IMG/VR virus record: IMGVR_UViG_3300042402_003259
Span: 18,640 to 82,639 of that record
Direction: 5' to 3' (one strand)
From: a virus
Length of the DNA: 64,000 nt
Shown: positions 34,948 to 46,287 of the stretch, one piece after another
Position numbering within the stretch: the stretch's first letter is position 1
How the letters are laid out: every line of letters starts with the position of its first letter
The notes under the pieces: model-generated
Seen by the model: the letters and a program-made list of their open reading frames with translations, nothing else
Databases searched by the model: none
What the model was told of the DNA's origin: nothing
Translations under genes and position numbers: made by a program

Positions 34948-36096
34948 TTATTGACTAGCTTTTAGAAGAGCTTCTAGTTTACCATTTGGAGTTGTAATAC
35001 CACCAATAGCCGTAAAGATAGAAAGTCCTTCTTTAACTCCCTTATAAACACCTTGATGAACGGTGCTATTGGTCTTCAAGGTTCTATTCAATTGATTGAA
35101 AGCGTTGTCTAAATATTCTTGAGGAATATTGTCTAACGTTCTTTCATCACAAATCGCCACAGCAGCAGCGGTGCTACCAGTAGAAAGATCAAGCTCGCCG
35201 CAAAGAACATTTCTCTTGAGATTTTCGCGAACTGCTTTGCTGATTTCGGCTTCGCTACTATGATTAGTAATGTTAGCTGCACCAAAAACCATAATACCAG
35301 AATCGAGAACAGTTCTGAAATCATTTGTATCGAATGTACTATATTGACTATTCTTAGTAATGATGTTATTAAACAAGTGAAATAAAGAACAAATATTAGC
35401 ATTTGCTACTTGCCAGAACTTGTTTACAGAAAGTTTTGGATAAAGCGTATTGATTCTTTCGTTATCAAGAATAATAAGAGGAGAAACAATCTTCTGTTCT
35501 ACTAACTCACAAGCTTCCTTGAGTGTTTCATAAGCATTCTGACTGACTTTCTTGCCTTCAGAAAGCTTTGGTAGAGCGAGAATTAAGCCAACATAAGGAG
35601 AAGTGGCTTTCACTGTTGTCTGATATTCTTTTACGGTTTTTACTAGTTCGGCGCAAACACCTGCGCCAGTTCCGCCACCAGCACCAACTGTAACGAAAAT
35701 ACGATCAATATCTGTTCCGACAGAAGACTTGATAAAATCTACTACATCTTCTTTACTATTTAAGAAAGCTTGTTTAGCGAATTCTCTATTCTTACCAGCA
35801 CCTTGTTGTTCTCCAAACTTCATTTTGTTTGGCACGTTTATGGTAGCTAGATCTTGATCGGCTGTATTAATAACACCAACTCTAGCATATCCAATCTGAG
35901 AAAATGTTTCAGCTAGTTTTCCACCGCCTTGACCAGCACCAATAAATCCAAACTTAAAACCTACAGCATCTTTATCTTTTGGTTCTGGCTTTTCACTTTG
36001 AGGAGGCTCAGGAATATCTGGCATCGCAAAATCAAATGTGTCATTAGAAGATGGAGGGTTAGGGTTCACACCGTAAATAGGATTATGCTCATTCAT
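34948..36096 (-). CDS. Tubulin/FtsZ-family GTPase (PhuZ/TubZ-like)
   Basis: IGAGQGGG, INT, GAGK, signature GAGGGTGAG, LDN, FDTND. Confidence 0.9.
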   Translation of the reverse strand: MNEHNPIYGVNPNPPSSNDTFDFAMPDIPEPPQSEKPEPKDKDAVGFKFGFIGAGQGGGKLAETFSQIGYARVGVINTADQDLATINVPNKMKFGEQQGAGKNREFAKQAFLNSKEDVVDFIKSSVGTDIDRIFVTVGAGGGTGAGVCAELVKTVKEYQTTVKATSPYVGLILALPKLSEGKKVSQNAYETLKEACELVEQKIVSPLIILDNERINTLYPKLSVNKFWQVANANICSLFHLFNNIITKNSQYSTFDTNDFRTVLDSGIMVFGAANITNHSSEAEISKAVRENLKRNVLCGELDLSTGSTAAAVAICDERTLDNIPQEYLDNAFNQLNRTLKTNSTVHQGVYKGVKEGLSIFTAIGGITTPNGKLEALLKASQ

Positions 36097-36099
36097 ATA

Positions 36100-36303
36100 T
36101 TATAGAAGATTTAAACTGTCACCTTTGCGAACGTCATCCCAGCTAGTTTCTCCTTTTGCCTTATGGCGAATCTTATATTGAGAATAACAAACAGCAGCGC
36201 GTTGCTTTTGATCTTTAAAATCTTTATTCATCATATCGTCACCCATGCAGCGGCTAACGAATTCTTGTTCTGTTTCTTTCTTACTAGGTTTTGGGAGCGG
36301 CAT
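36100..36303 (-). CDS. Small conserved phage protein (P.P...E...EFVSRCM..QR.AVC)
   Basis: Motif common in head-associated phage proteins; start ATG 36303. Confidence 0.6.
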   Translation of the reverse strand: MPLPKPSKKETEQEFVSRCMGDDMMNKDFKDQKQRAAVCYSQYKIRHKAKGETSWDDVRKGDSLNLL

Positions 36304-36308
36304 ATAAA

Positions 36309-38714
36309 TTATATTACACAAATATTGTTGTCTTTAATAGAAATTTCTAGATTTAGTTTCTTGTCTGAATCTAGCATCTTTTCCGCTACTTGTGTTTGAA
36401 GTTCGCGTTGAATAGTTTTGATAACCTGTCTTGCGCCAAAGTTGTTAAATTGAATTTTATTAAATATAAAATCAGTTACTTCTGATGAATATTTTATAAT
36501 CACATTTCTTTCTATCAAATCTGATTTAAAAGATTGCAGTTCTTTATCTATAATTAGTTTGATCTGTTCTTGCTCAAGAGAATCGAAAATAATTATTTCA
36601 TCAATGCGATTCAATAAATCAGGAGGAAAATGTTTTTTAATAGAAGATAAAACGTCTGATTTACCAGCCTTTTGCTTTCCAAAACCAATCGAAGAATGAT
36701 TAACCACTTCTGCTCCGACATTCGTAGTCATAACAATCATCGTGTTTGAAAAGTCAACGGTCTTACCAGAAGAATCGGTTATCTTGCCTTCTTCAAGTAT
36801 TTGTAACAAAGAATACAAAACGTCTTCATCAGCTTTTTGTATTTCATCAAATAGAATTAAAGAGTATGGATTTTTTCTAACCTTTTCAGTTAATACTCCA
36901 CCTTTATCAAATCCAATATAACCGGGACTAGATCCAACTAGTTTATTTACGGCGGTCTTGTCTGTGTATTCAGACATATCAATTGTTATAAAATTGTTCT
37001 TATTAATGAATAATGTTTCAGCAATTATCTTTGCAGTCATTGTCTTGCCAACACCCGTTGGTCCAGCATAAAGCATTGAACAAATGGGTTTATTTGGATT
37101 GCGGAAACCAGCTTTCGCTCTGATTAAAGATTTATATATATGTTCAATTTGATTATCTTGACCAAATACTTGTTCTTTTAGCTTAATTTTAAGCAATTTA
37201 ACTTTATCAAAGTCTTGTAATTCCAAATCATCAATTGGAATATTAGTTTTATCAGAGACGACTTCTAAAATATCGGTGTTTGTGACTTGATATCTATTAT
37301 TACGCCAATTAGTAATCATCTTTTTTGTAGACTCTTCATACTCAACCAATAGCTCTTCTAAAGAAGAAATCTTTTTCTTCTCTATTGTTTGCTTATTAGA
37401 ATCTACAAATTTACTGAGTTTCTTTTCTATCTTAAGCATTTCAGGAGACTTTACAAAGTTCTTTAATTTAACTTTAGCTCCTACTTGATCAATAATGTCT
37501 AAAGCTTTGTCAGGAAATCTTCCTTCAATATACTTTTCAGCACTATTAATAATAAAATGAATAACATCATCAGAGAAATCTATTACATGAAAATTTTCAT
37601 ATCCGCCTTTAATATTCTTGATTAGATTGAAGGTTTGTTCTTTTGTGGGTTCTTCAATTTTAATAATCTGAAAACGCCTAGATAAAGCTGGGTCATCAGA
37701 TATAGTCTTCTTGTATTCGTCAAAAGTGGTAGCACCAATGCAGCTAATTTCTCCTCTGGCTAAATAAGGCTTTAGAATATTAGCAACATCGTTGCCATTT
37801 TCTGGATTTCCAGCACCAATGATCGTGTGAATTTCATCGATAAATAAAACTATATACGGATCATCTGTAATTTCTTTTAATAGATTCTTAATTTTTTCTT
37901 CAAACTCACCACGGAATTTGCAACCAGCAATCATCATTGGAATATCTAAGCTGTAAATCTGCTTTAAACTAAGCAAATCAGAAGCTTCACCTTTAACGAT
38001 GGCTTGAGCCAATGATTCAACTAGTGCAGTTTTACCAACACCGGCTTCACCTACAATAAGTGGATTATTTTTATTTTTACGACAAAGGACTTCTGAGATC
38101 TTTTGAATTAATTCTTTATTAAGATGCAGATTATTTATCTTACCATTAACAACTTGTATATTAAGATTATTAGCGTAAGTATTTAAAACTTTATACTTCT
38201 TTATATCAAAAGTTTGTTTCGCTTCATTAGGAACGTTTGTTTCCTCCTCAACGCTTGGCAACATATCATCATCTTCTAGTTTTTGCTCAACATAGTCCAC
38301 GACTTTAACAAAATCATAATTATAATCAATCAAGTAAAGTTCAAAAGTCTGATTAGGAACTTCAAACAAACTTAAAAATACATGTTCTAATCCGATGTAT
38401 TTATGATCGAATTTAGAAGATATAGTTTTGGCGCATTTAAAAACATTAGTTACACCTTCAGATAATAAAGGCTTTAACGTAGCTTTCTTTTGTGCTGGAA
38501 CATTAGCTTTTAGAAATGCTATGGCACTATTCTTTATCTTTAAAGAATCTATACCGAAATTTCCAAATGCTTCTTCTATCTGACTTTGCTTAAGATTCAA
38601 AAAGCTTATAAACAAATGAAGATGCGTGATCTCTGTGTGTTTGAGATCTACAGCTATTTTATAAGCTTCTTTGATTAGCTTTTGCGCTCTTGGTGTTAAA
38701 TTTAAATTTTTCAT
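36309..38714 (-). CDS. clpC: Clp/Hsp100 ATPase, ClpC/ClpA-like
   Basis: Clp-N repeats, [30 protein letters not shown] loop. Confidence 0.85.
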   Translation of the reverse strand: MKNLNLTPRAQKLIKEAYKIAVDLKHTEITHLHLFISFLNLKQSQIEEAFGNFGIDSLKIKNSAIAFLKANVPAQKKATLKPLLSEGVTNVFKCAKTISSKFDHKYIGLEHVFLSLFEVPNQTFELYLIDYNYDFVKVVDYVEQKLEDDDMLPSVEEETNVPNEAKQTFDIKKYKVLNTYANNLNIQVVNGKINNLHLNKELIQKISEVLCRKNKNNPLIVGEAGVGKTALVESLAQAIVKGEASDLLSLKQIYSLDIPMMIAGCKFRGEFEEKIKNLLKEITDDPYIVLFIDEIHTIIGAGNPENGNDVANILKPYLARGEISCIGATTFDEYKKTISDDPALSRRFQIIKIEEPTKEQTFNLIKNIKGGYENFHVIDFSDDVIHFIINSAEKYIEGRFPDKALDIIDQVGAKVKLKNFVKSPEMLKIEKKLSKFVDSNKQTIEKKKISSLEELLVEYEESTKKMITNWRNNRYQVTNTDILEVVSDKTNIPIDDLELQDFDKVKLLKIKLKEQVFGQDNQIEHIYKSLIRAKAGFRNPNKPICSMLYAGPTGVGKTMTAKIIAETLFINKNNFITIDMSEYTDKTAVNKLVGSSPGYIGFDKGGVLTEKVRKNPYSLILFDEIQKADEDVLYSLLQILEEGKITDSSGKTVDFSNTMIVMTTNVGAEVVNHSSIGFGKQKAGKSDVLSSIKKHFPPDLLNRIDEIIIFDSLEQEQIKLIIDKELQSFKSDLIERNVIIKYSSEVTDFIFNKIQFNNFGARQVIKTIQRELQTQVAEKMLDSDKKLNLEISIKDNNICVI

Positions 38715-41263
38715 TCTATGTCAGATAACTTCATGTAGATCTTGTCGTCCAAGATTCCGATGTTCTCTATCCATAGCACATCGTCACCCTTTCTGCCAGT
38801 GAAAACTACAATACTTTCCTTATCTGGAATTTTAAGACCGTCTTCAAGATACTCTGTTAATCTTTGGTGTTTTCCACCATCTAAAAACATCGCACTTACG
38901 CTGCCAACTTCATCTTTCAATTGGAATCTATAGAATGTAGAATTAGACTTTTTAGTTTTGCCCTTATAAACATCATCTATCACTCCAACCATCTTTACTC
39001 TGTCTTCTTTAAAAGCAGATTGAAATTCCATTGTATCTGTAAACGTACACTCAGATTGCTGAAAAATAGTCTTTAGTCGAATAGTTGGAGTGTAACCTAA
39101 GAGCCTATTTTCAAAGACCCAATTAGCAAACTTCTCATGATTCTTGTTTTGCTCGTAGATCTTTTTATACTCATCGTACTTTTTTCTGAATGTTATTTTA
39201 CGCTTTTCATTCATGAATGGTTTACCATTCTCATTAAGAGATTGTGCTTTAAAAGCGCATTCACTTACAATAGTTAAAATATCGTAATCATATTTAGGCC
39301 CAACACTGCAAGCGAATTTCTTTTCTTTATCAGTTAAGATGTTGAAAGTTTGAGCTTCAAGAACTAAGCGTGATCTTCTATGAGTATATGAACTTAGAGT
39401 TCCAGCTTGAATCAAAGAAGAAAGTAGACCAATATTAATACCAGCTTGTTTAGCGGCGATAAAAATATCGAACTTTGTTGGAGTGTTTGTCTCTCTAAAG
39501 CTTTGAAGAGCTTGCAACGTCTTTTCAGAAACACCCTTAATAGAGTTCAATCCAAAACGAATATTTCCATCTTCAATCTTAAAATCTAATGCAGACTTTG
39601 CTAGATCAGGAGGTAGAAGTTTGATATCAAAATATACTAGCTCTTTTGAAATCTTGTTAATTTCTTGATGTGAATCAGGCTCATATTTAGACAACTGAAG
39701 CAATGCCAAGAAAAATTCATGTGGATACTTGAATTTTAGATAAGCAGTCCATGCAGCCAAAATAGCATAAGAGATAGAGTGAGATTTATTAAACGAATAG
39801 TTCGCTGAGTCTTCAGCTACTTTCCACAATACATCGCCAATCGCAGGATCAAGATTCTGTTCGGATACTTTCTGACGAATCTTTCCTTGCCATGCTGGCA
39901 TTTGATCCACCTTCTTTTTACCAACGATACGTCGCAACTGCTCTGACTCATCAAGAGTGAATCCCAAACGCACAGCCATCTTCATCAACTGCTCTTGATA
40001 AAGAGGAATGCCACCAGTATATGAAAGCTCTTCTTTAAAGAAATCGTGAACAAGCTGGAATACTCCTGAAGCTGAATATGTAGCATACTGATCAGCGAAA
40101 TCCAATGCGCCGGGACGAGCAATAGCAACTACCGCACTAAGCTGTTCAAGAGACTTGGGCTTAACTTTACGGCATACCTTGAAGTTGGTTTCCGCTTCAA
40201 TTTGGAATAGACCTTGTGGAGTACGAAGATTCTGAAAGCTTTCATAAATGAAAGGATCTTCTGGATCAATAGAAGTCATTTCAATATTCAGTCTCTTGCA
40301 AACTTCGCTGACTACAGTCAAAGTTCTCAAGCCAAGAACATCGAACTTAACCATTAGTTCGGCTACATAATTCATATCATAGCCGCTAACTAAATCACCA
40401 TCAGAAGTCTTTTGAACTGGGCAAACTTCTTCGATCTTATAATAAGAAATAGCAATACCAGAAGGATGAACACCAGTATTCTTATTCAACCCTTCAATCT
40501 TCTTAGCTATTTCAAATACGAATTTATTTTGATCAACCCAAGCTTTAAATTTATCATTAGCTTTATACGCTTCTTCTAAATCAAAAACCCGTCCAAACAG
40601 TTTGGGAATATTGTCGCTAACTTCATTTACGTCTGTTTCTGATAAAGCACCAACAATCTTTCCGCACTCTTTAATACAAAGCTTACTAGAAAGAGTATTG
40701 AGAGTTAAGATCTTCGATGTTTTGCCTAGATGTTTCTGCTCAATATACTTAATCACTTCTGCGCGTCTATCATAGCTAATATCGTTATCTACGTCAGGAA
40801 GAAGTGAACCATCAAGATAGGTAATATCATCTTTGATAATCTTCTTAGCGCGAGAACGGCTAACGAAACGCTCAAAGAATAGTTCATATTTTATGGGATC
40901 AACTTTCGTAACACCCACGATAAACAAAACCAAAGAACCCGCAGCACTACCACGACCAGCACCAGTTGGAATATTATTTTCATGGCAGTAATTAAGAATA
41001 TCCCAGTTGAGAAGTACATAATCAACGAAATCAAGCTCTCTGAAGATTTCCAGTTCCATCTCCATACGCTCAACATATTGATTATTGTTTAATCCTAAAT
41101 TATTTAAACTCCTATAACAAAGTGTCTTAAGGAATGTAAAATTATCGGAAGAAATAGGAATCTTCAGTAAATCATAATATTTACCTTCAATAGAGATTTG
41201 AGGCAAGCGAACGCCGGGAAGCATGGCGTTATCATAAGTTTTAATGTCTTGTAAAAAATTCAT
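38711..41263 (-). CDS. dnaE: DNA polymerase III alpha catalytic core (no PHP domain)
   Basis: GRGSAAGSL, PDVDND, KFDVLGL, YSFNKSH, HhH, OB fold. Confidence 0.93.
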   Translation of the reverse strand: MNFLQDIKTYDNAMLPGVRLPQISIEGKYYDLLKIPISSDNFTFLKTLCYRSLNNLGLNNNQYVERMEMELEIFRELDFVDYVLLNWDILNYCHENNIPTGAGRGSAAGSLVLFIVGVTKVDPIKYELFFERFVSRSRAKKIIKDDITYLDGSLLPDVDNDISYDRRAEVIKYIEQKHLGKTSKILTLNTLSSKLCIKECGKIVGALSETDVNEVSDNIPKLFGRVFDLEEAYKANDKFKAWVDQNKFVFEIAKKIEGLNKNTGVHPSGIAISYYKIEEVCPVQKTSDGDLVSGYDMNYVAELMVKFDVLGLRTLTVVSEVCKRLNIEMTSIDPEDPFIYESFQNLRTPQGLFQIEAETNFKVCRKVKPKSLEQLSAVVAIARPGALDFADQYATYSASGVFQLVHDFFKEELSYTGGIPLYQEQLMKMAVRLGFTLDESEQLRRIVGKKKVDQMPAWQGKIRQKVSEQNLDPAIGDVLWKVAEDSANYSFNKSHSISYAILAAWTAYLKFKYPHEFFLALLQLSKYEPDSHQEINKISKELVYFDIKLLPPDLAKSALDFKIEDGNIRFGLNSIKGVSEKTLQALQSFRETNTPTKFDIFIAAKQAGINIGLLSSLIQAGTLSSYTHRRSRLVLEAQTFNILTDKEKKFACSVGPKYDYDILTIVSECAFKAQSLNENGKPFMNEKRKITFRKKYDEYKKIYEQNKNHEKFANWVFENRLLGYTPTIRLKTIFQQSECTFTDTMEFQSAFKEDRVKMVGVIDDVYKGKTKKSNSTFYRFQLKDEVGSVSAMFLDGGKHQRLTEYLEDGLKIPDKESIVVFTGRKGDDVLWIENIGILDDKIYMKLSDIE

Positions 41264-41889
41264 ATTTCAATTTGCCAAAGCTGCTTCTGAAAAATCTTAA
41301 AATTCATCTGAACGTCGTACATGGAATTGTGAAGCATATTCTCATCGAAGTCAATCTTATATTCTTTCAATTGAGTTTTAATGCTTGTCTTTAAACCTTT
41401 CTCACGAAAGTCATTTAATCTATATTGCCAAAAAGTAAAATCAGAATCTCTTTGAGGTTTTAAATTCTTTTTAATAGCTTTGGCTAGACAATTTGTATCT
41501 ATTATTCTCTTTACATAAGAGAAGTCGCTCTTCTTGCCCATTAATTTTCTGTATGTATTATGAATATATACATCAAATCCAAGAAGATTCTGTCCTATAA
41601 TAAGGTATTGATCGTCATAGATATAGTCTTCAAAAGCTGCCAAAACTTCTTTTGGATCGGCGGCTAATGAATGGTATTTACGCTCATCAAAATGAGTAAC
41701 TAGCTTTGCGCCTTCAGAAAGCTTCAAATCAGGCCAATAGATATGATTGTCTACTTCTTTAATTATGTTACTTCCTTTTGCAATTAAATAACTTAATTGC
41801 CAAGGCTTATTGCTATCATCAAGTAGATTTAGATGACAGGTTTCGAAATCGAAACAAATATACTTTTGTTCTTTATTAAATCGTAGCAT
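41260..41889 (-). CDS. DEDDh 3'-5' exonuclease (epsilon-like)
   Basis: DFET, QN..GFD, IDT, H.SMYDV. Confidence 0.88.
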   Translation of the reverse strand: MLRFNKEQKYICFDFETCHLNLLDDSNKPWQLSYLIAKGSNIIKEVDNHIYWPDLKLSEGAKLVTHFDERKYHSLAADPKEVLAAFEDYIYDDQYLIIGQNLLGFDVYIHNTYRKLMGKKSDFSYVKRIIDTNCLAKAIKKNLKPQRDSDFTFWQYRLNDFREKGLKTSIKTQLKEYKIDFDENMLHNSMYDVQMNFKIFQKQLWQIEI

Positions 41890-42634
41890 TTTCTTCCTTC
41901 CAAGCTTCGAAGCTGAATTTGTCGCTGCAAAAATGAGGTAGTTCTGGTTTCTCCAAAGAACGATCTTTACCGAAAGATCGATTACAGATTATCTTATAAG
42001 CCATAAAAGCTTTGACATCTGATTTCTTGTTGTAATAGATACTTCGAACTTTAACCATTGGCAGATCATTGTTTGTAGAGAATTCTCTGACCTTCTCCTC
42101 AAGTATATAATCTAAAGCTAGATCGTTCTGCTCATAGAACAATGTAGCTTTTGTAAAAGACAAATCTGGCACCGCGTTTCCAAAAGAAAGATTGTTTATA
42201 TAAATAAACGAATCATAAAAAGGAATAGCGAGCTTGAGAGAGTTTTCATTCCACAACTCTTTCAACTCGCTATAACTTAGAAATCCAGAATTAGCGCAAA
42301 AAGCTTTTGAATATATTTTATTCAGAAGTTTGCACCCAATATCATCTTTGGCGAAGATGATTACTTTATGTTGACTGCCTTCATCTTCTGGAAGAGCAGA
42401 GTTTCTCATTGAAAGTCTAAGACCAAATATTAATTGAATACCCATTTCTTTGCTGCGCTTGTACGCTTCAAAGAATCCAATCAATGAGTCTTCGACTAAA
42501 ATGATTTGTTTTAGACCGTTATCTTTAGCGATTTTAAATACGCTATCTGATCCTCCTTCAGTAACTTTCTTGGGATCATCTAAAGTTAGTATAGATTTTC
42601 CTATACTAAAGTGTGACTTGAACAATGGCAGCAT
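41876..42634 (-). CDS. Stand-alone PHP domain of Pol III alpha
   Basis: SHFSI..S.L, I..IFG, IIFAK...G...L.KI.S, matching DnaE N-terminus. Confidence 0.82.
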   Translation of the reverse strand: MLPLFKSHFSIGKSILTLDDPKKVTEGGSDSVFKIAKDNGLKQIILVEDSLIGFFEAYKRSKEMGIQLIFGLRLSMRNSALPEDEGSQHKVIIFAKDDIGCKLLNKIYSKAFCANSGFLSYSELKELWNENSLKLAIPFYDSFIYINNLSFGNAVPDLSFTKATLFYEQNDLALDYILEEKVREFSTNNDLPMVKVRSIYYNKKSDVKAFMAYKIICNRSFGKDRSLEKPELPHFCSDKFSFEAWKEENATI

Positions 42635-42657
42635 TCTCCATAAACCTTAGCAAGAAC

Positions 42658-43707
42658 TTAAAACTTGTCAAGGTCGAAATCGTCTGTGGCTTCAACTGGT
42701 TTTGGTTTAAAACAAGGACATCCATCGTATTTATTTTTTACTATCTTCTCTCCTTCTGCTAATTTAATTTTCTGCAACTCTTTTTTAGTAAACGCGGACT
42801 TCTTAATCTTTTCATCTTTGTCTACAATTGCATAATAATCAAATCCAAATTTATAAGTGCAATACCACATTGGAGTACCGTCTTTTTTAATTTGATTTGG
42901 TTGTTTAGCGAATCCACAAAGAAGTTTGCCAGCAAAACTTCCATCTTTAGGCATACCTTGATTTGCTGCCATATTAGATATAGCCGTCTTTTCTGTAAAA
43001 GAATCGGCGTATTTTTGATAGCCAGTCAGTTCATGCTCAAAGCCAAGAAGTTCATACTTATCTTTAGCTTCCATAGGCATAACTCCATCAGCATTTAAAT
43101 CCTGTTTCAAGAACAAGAATTCCATTTTGATATCTTTGAGGTGAGGATAAAGCTTTCTAATAGCAAGAGTGTACATATAATCTTGTAGATTATCGGTAAC
43201 TTCTTTGCCCTCGTATTTCTTTTTATTAGTCTTGAAGTCTCTAATTAATACAATTCCATGATCGCCATAAATAAAAAGTTTATCGATGAAACCTTTTATT
43301 TTATAGCTGATATCTTCTTCTTGAACTGTAATCTCGAAATCTTTTTCTGAAATGACTTCTGTTGGAGTCCCGTACTTATTACCGAAAAAATCATACATCA
43401 ATCCGTTCAAGGCCATTGAGCAAATATTTTCTAAGTCTGATTCGGTATTAAGATCTTTTCTCTTAATATGTTTATGAACCATTCTTTTAATAGCTTTAGA
43501 TGCAAAGATATTTTTCTTCTTTATGATTAAATCATAATGTTTTTTATGTCTGGACGAGCCAAGACATTCAAGAATGATATGCACAGTATCGCCAATTAAA
43601 GCTCCAGAATTTGTTTTATCTGGTAACTTCAATACATATTTGCACCAATACTGCCATGAGCAGGATTTTAATGTCTTTATTTTGCTGGCTGATAAAGTTT
43701 CCTTCAA
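42658..43707 (-). CDS. PD-(D/E)xK exonuclease, RecB/AddB/Cas4-like
   Basis: LSASKI..C, G..VH..LE, GFIDKL, IRDFKT, Q..Y, C-terminal Cys. Confidence 0.85.
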   Translation of the reverse strand: MKETLSASKIKTLKSCSWQYWCKYVLKLPDKTNSGALIGDTVHIILECLGSSRHKKHYDLIIKKKNIFASKAIKRMVHKHIKRKDLNTESDLENICSMALNGLMYDFFGNKYGTPTEVISEKDFEITVQEEDISYKIKGFIDKLFIYGDHGIVLIRDFKTNKKKYEGKEVTDNLQDYMYTLAIRKLYPHLKDIKMEFLFLKQDLNADGVMPMEAKDKYELLGFEHELTGYQKYADSFTEKTAISNMAANQGMPKDGSFAGKLLCGFAKQPNQIKKDGTPMWYCTYKFGFDYYAIVDKDEKIKKSAFTKKELQKIKLAEGEKIVKNKYDGCPCFKPKPVEATDDFDLDKF

Positions 43708-44783
43708 AGCTTTAGACTTTCTAAATAATTTTTAAGGATAGAAATAGTTTTCTTATCCTTATCGTTATTATATACATAATCAAAAATGTATTCTACTTGA
43801 GTTATTCTATCTCGCTTCTTATTTTCCCATCTTTCCATCGAAATACCTTTCTCCAGCATTTCGCCAAAGTCTTTGCAGATAGGAAGTTTAATCTTAACCT
43901 TATCGATATCGATATATTTAATAAGCTTAAGGAATATCTTTATAGCTGCTTGAAGTCCGCGATTGTCAGTTTTATCAGCGTCATTGTTTGTAGAAACGAC
44001 AACTTCGTCTACAGATAAAGACATTAAATAAGACAACTGTTTAGAACTAATCTCCAAACCAAATACTACAAGATGATTATAATATCCTTGTTGAGACAAT
44101 GCGAGACTATCTCCAATGCCTTCTACAAGAATGATTGAGCGTTTTTCTTCGATAGTCTTTTTAAATATATTATCATCTTCAGATTGTAGATTGATTGGAT
44201 ATATCCAGTTGCCTTTTCTACCAATGTGTTTCCACTTTGGAGCAGGAGCATTTGGTTTCCAAAGCAAATGTCTGCCGCTAATTCCAATCACTTTTTTATT
44301 TTCATCAAATATTGGAAACACGAAACGGCCATTCATTTTTCCAGACATTGAAAAACCAGATCGATAGATCTCTAGAATTTCAGAACTAATGCATTTCTTG
44401 TTATAAAAATCATAATGAGGAAGCAAGGTCTTTACTTCATCGTGGTCGAAAAATTGATCTGATTCCATTTTAGGTGTTCTGATTGATTCTATACAAGGAT
44501 CATTATTATTCTTAATCGAATGCAAGATTTCTTCTATCTGAGAATCGTCTTTGCAAGAAAGCTCAAGAAGTCTTTTAAAGGGTTGATAAGAAGTGTTTGC
44601 TACGAAATCTTTCCAGATTCCGGTATCTTTCCAAATTTGTAGAGCGGTTCTATTATCTCCATCACGATAAACAGCATTACATTGCCAATACTTGCCACGA
44701 TCTGAGAGTTGATATCCAAGATCGATTAAAGTTTTTTCTATGAGTTCTGCTTGATTATTAATCGAGGTTAGGTACGTCGTCAT
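43704..44783 (-). CDS. dnaG: DNA primase (Toprim)
   Basis: RFVFPI..G.SGR, KWKH, LVEGIGD, KDFGEM. Confidence 0.85.
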   Translation of the reverse strand: MTTYLTSINNQAELIEKTLIDLGYQLSDRGKYWQCNAVYRDGDNRTALQIWKDTGIWKDFVANTSYQPFKRLLELSCKDDSQIEEILHSIKNNNDPCIESIRTPKMESDQFFDHDEVKTLLPHYDFYNKKCISSEILEIYRSGFSMSGKMNGRFVFPIFDENKKVIGISGRHLLWKPNAPAPKWKHIGRKGNWIYPINLQSEDDNIFKKTIEEKRSIILVEGIGDSLALSQQGYYNHLVVFGLEISSKQLSYLMSLSVDEVVVSTNNDADKTDNRGLQAAIKIFLKLIKYIDIDKVKIKLPICKDFGEMLEKGISMERWENKKRDRITQVEYIFDYVYNNDKDKKTISILKNYLESLKL

Positions 44784-46272
44784 CGTTATCTTTAGCTACA
44801 GTTGCGGTTGCGCTTAGAGAATCGACGATATCTCTATAATCACCTTTTTCAGTGACACAGAAATTAGCAATTTCTAGGTTAATAAAATTCTTTTTAAGGC
44901 TTCCATCAGGAAGTTTTACTGGATTAATAGCTCCAGCAATGTCTTTACCCAAATGACGGGCTTTAATATTAATTAATTTATGAGTGCCGTAACCAGCTTC
45001 ATTCTGTAATTCATCAAATGTTTTCTGACGAAGAATAAACATATGAGATGAAAACTGAGTGATTCGATCTGATAGGGAGACGATGCTTTCATCATCAGTT
45101 ACGTTAGCCGCGCTCTTGTTTGTTACGATACCTGCGCGATTAGACTGAACTGAAGTCATCATTGAAATACATGGACCTTTGTCGCTCTTAATATCTCTTT
45201 GAATACAACGCTTATATTTATCCACCATTTCGCCAACAAGCTGCCATTCATTTTTGTTACCGCTGTTTTCGCTTGTTGTTTTAATATAATCGAAGCTGAA
45301 AATAAGAGGATTACCTCGACCAATTTTTGAATAATAAAAACGCTTCAATACGCTTATTTGAGCATCAACGCTCATTCCGCCAACATTATAATAATAAAGA
45401 TGCTTGTATCTTTCTTTCAGAGATCGCCAAACCAATCTCACGTTATCAACAACTTCTGGACCAGCTTTACGCCAGTTACCGCTTTCAAGAAGATACATTG
45501 GAACTTTAGATAAAGCAGCGCACTGTCTAAAGATTAGTTCTTCTTTACTCATTTCTCCGTTATCGAAATGAAGAACTGGAACTTTATATTGCTCAGAGAC
45601 TTTAGTTGTAAAATCTAAACACAGTTGAGTTTTGCCTACGCCAGAACGAGCAACAATAACTGTAATATTTCCCGGTCTGAGAAGGGAACCGTACATATCC
45701 TGAGTCTTCGGATAAGGACCGACAAATCCAAATTCAGTAACTGGATTATTTCCACGCTCTTCAATAAGAGCTTCCATTTCATCGAAAATATTTTCAGGCT
45801 GATCTGCTCCAGTTTCGTACAGATTAATTTGATCATTATAAAGTTTATCAGCAGTTTCAATAATGATGTTGTAATCAGAAGATGGAGATATAGACTTCAT
45901 CTTCTTGTTGATTTCTGCGCCACACATCGCAATTTCGCGACGAATAGTGTATTTCTTCAACTCTTTAGCAACGCTTATAATAGATTCTGGGGATAACTTC
46001 TTGAGAGACAAAGATTCAATATAATCAGATGGATTGATATTGTCCTCAAAAGTTACCCCAAAATTCTTTACTCTTTGAGATATTACTACGTCATCAATTT
46101 TTTCACCGTTGTCAATTGCTTGACGAAGCACACAAAAAATAGTTCTATTTATCTTAGAGCTTTCACTCCAGAAGTCTTTTTCTGTCACGAAAGATGCGAC
46201 ATCTGCGTATCTTTCTGGATATTTAATCAGTCCAGCGAGTAACTGAGTCTCTAAATCATACGAATAAATCAT
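44758..46272 (-). CDS. dnaB: Replicative helicase DnaB-like
   Basis: ARSGVGKT, GEMS, FDYIK, Q.NR, KARH. Confidence 0.9.
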   Translation of the reverse strand: MIYSYDLETQLLAGLIKYPERYADVASFVTEKDFWSESSKINRTIFCVLRQAIDNGEKIDDVVISQRVKNFGVTFEDNINPSDYIESLSLKKLSPESIISVAKELKKYTIRREIAMCGAEINKKMKSISPSSDYNIIIETADKLYNDQINLYETGADQPENIFDEMEALIEERGNNPVTEFGFVGPYPKTQDMYGSLLRPGNITVIVARSGVGKTQLCLDFTTKVSEQYKVPVLHFDNGEMSKEELIFRQCAALSKVPMYLLESGNWRKAGPEVVDNVRLVWRSLKERYKHLYYYNVGGMSVDAQISVLKRFYYSKIGRGNPLIFSFDYIKTTSENSGNKNEWQLVGEMVDKYKRCIQRDIKSDKGPCISMMTSVQSNRAGIVTNKSAANVTDDESIVSLSDRITQFSSHMFILRQKTFDELQNEAGYGTHKLINIKARHLGKDIAGAINPVKLPDGSLKKNFINLEIANFCVTEKGDYRDIVDSLSATATVAKDNDDDVPNLD

Positions 46273-46287
46273 TCCGAGCGCACTTTA

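Noticed and set aside
42658-43707. Cas4-like nuclease as part of a CRISPR system
   Set aside because: No cas1/cas2 or array; it sits in the replication/recombination operon like common phage exonucleases
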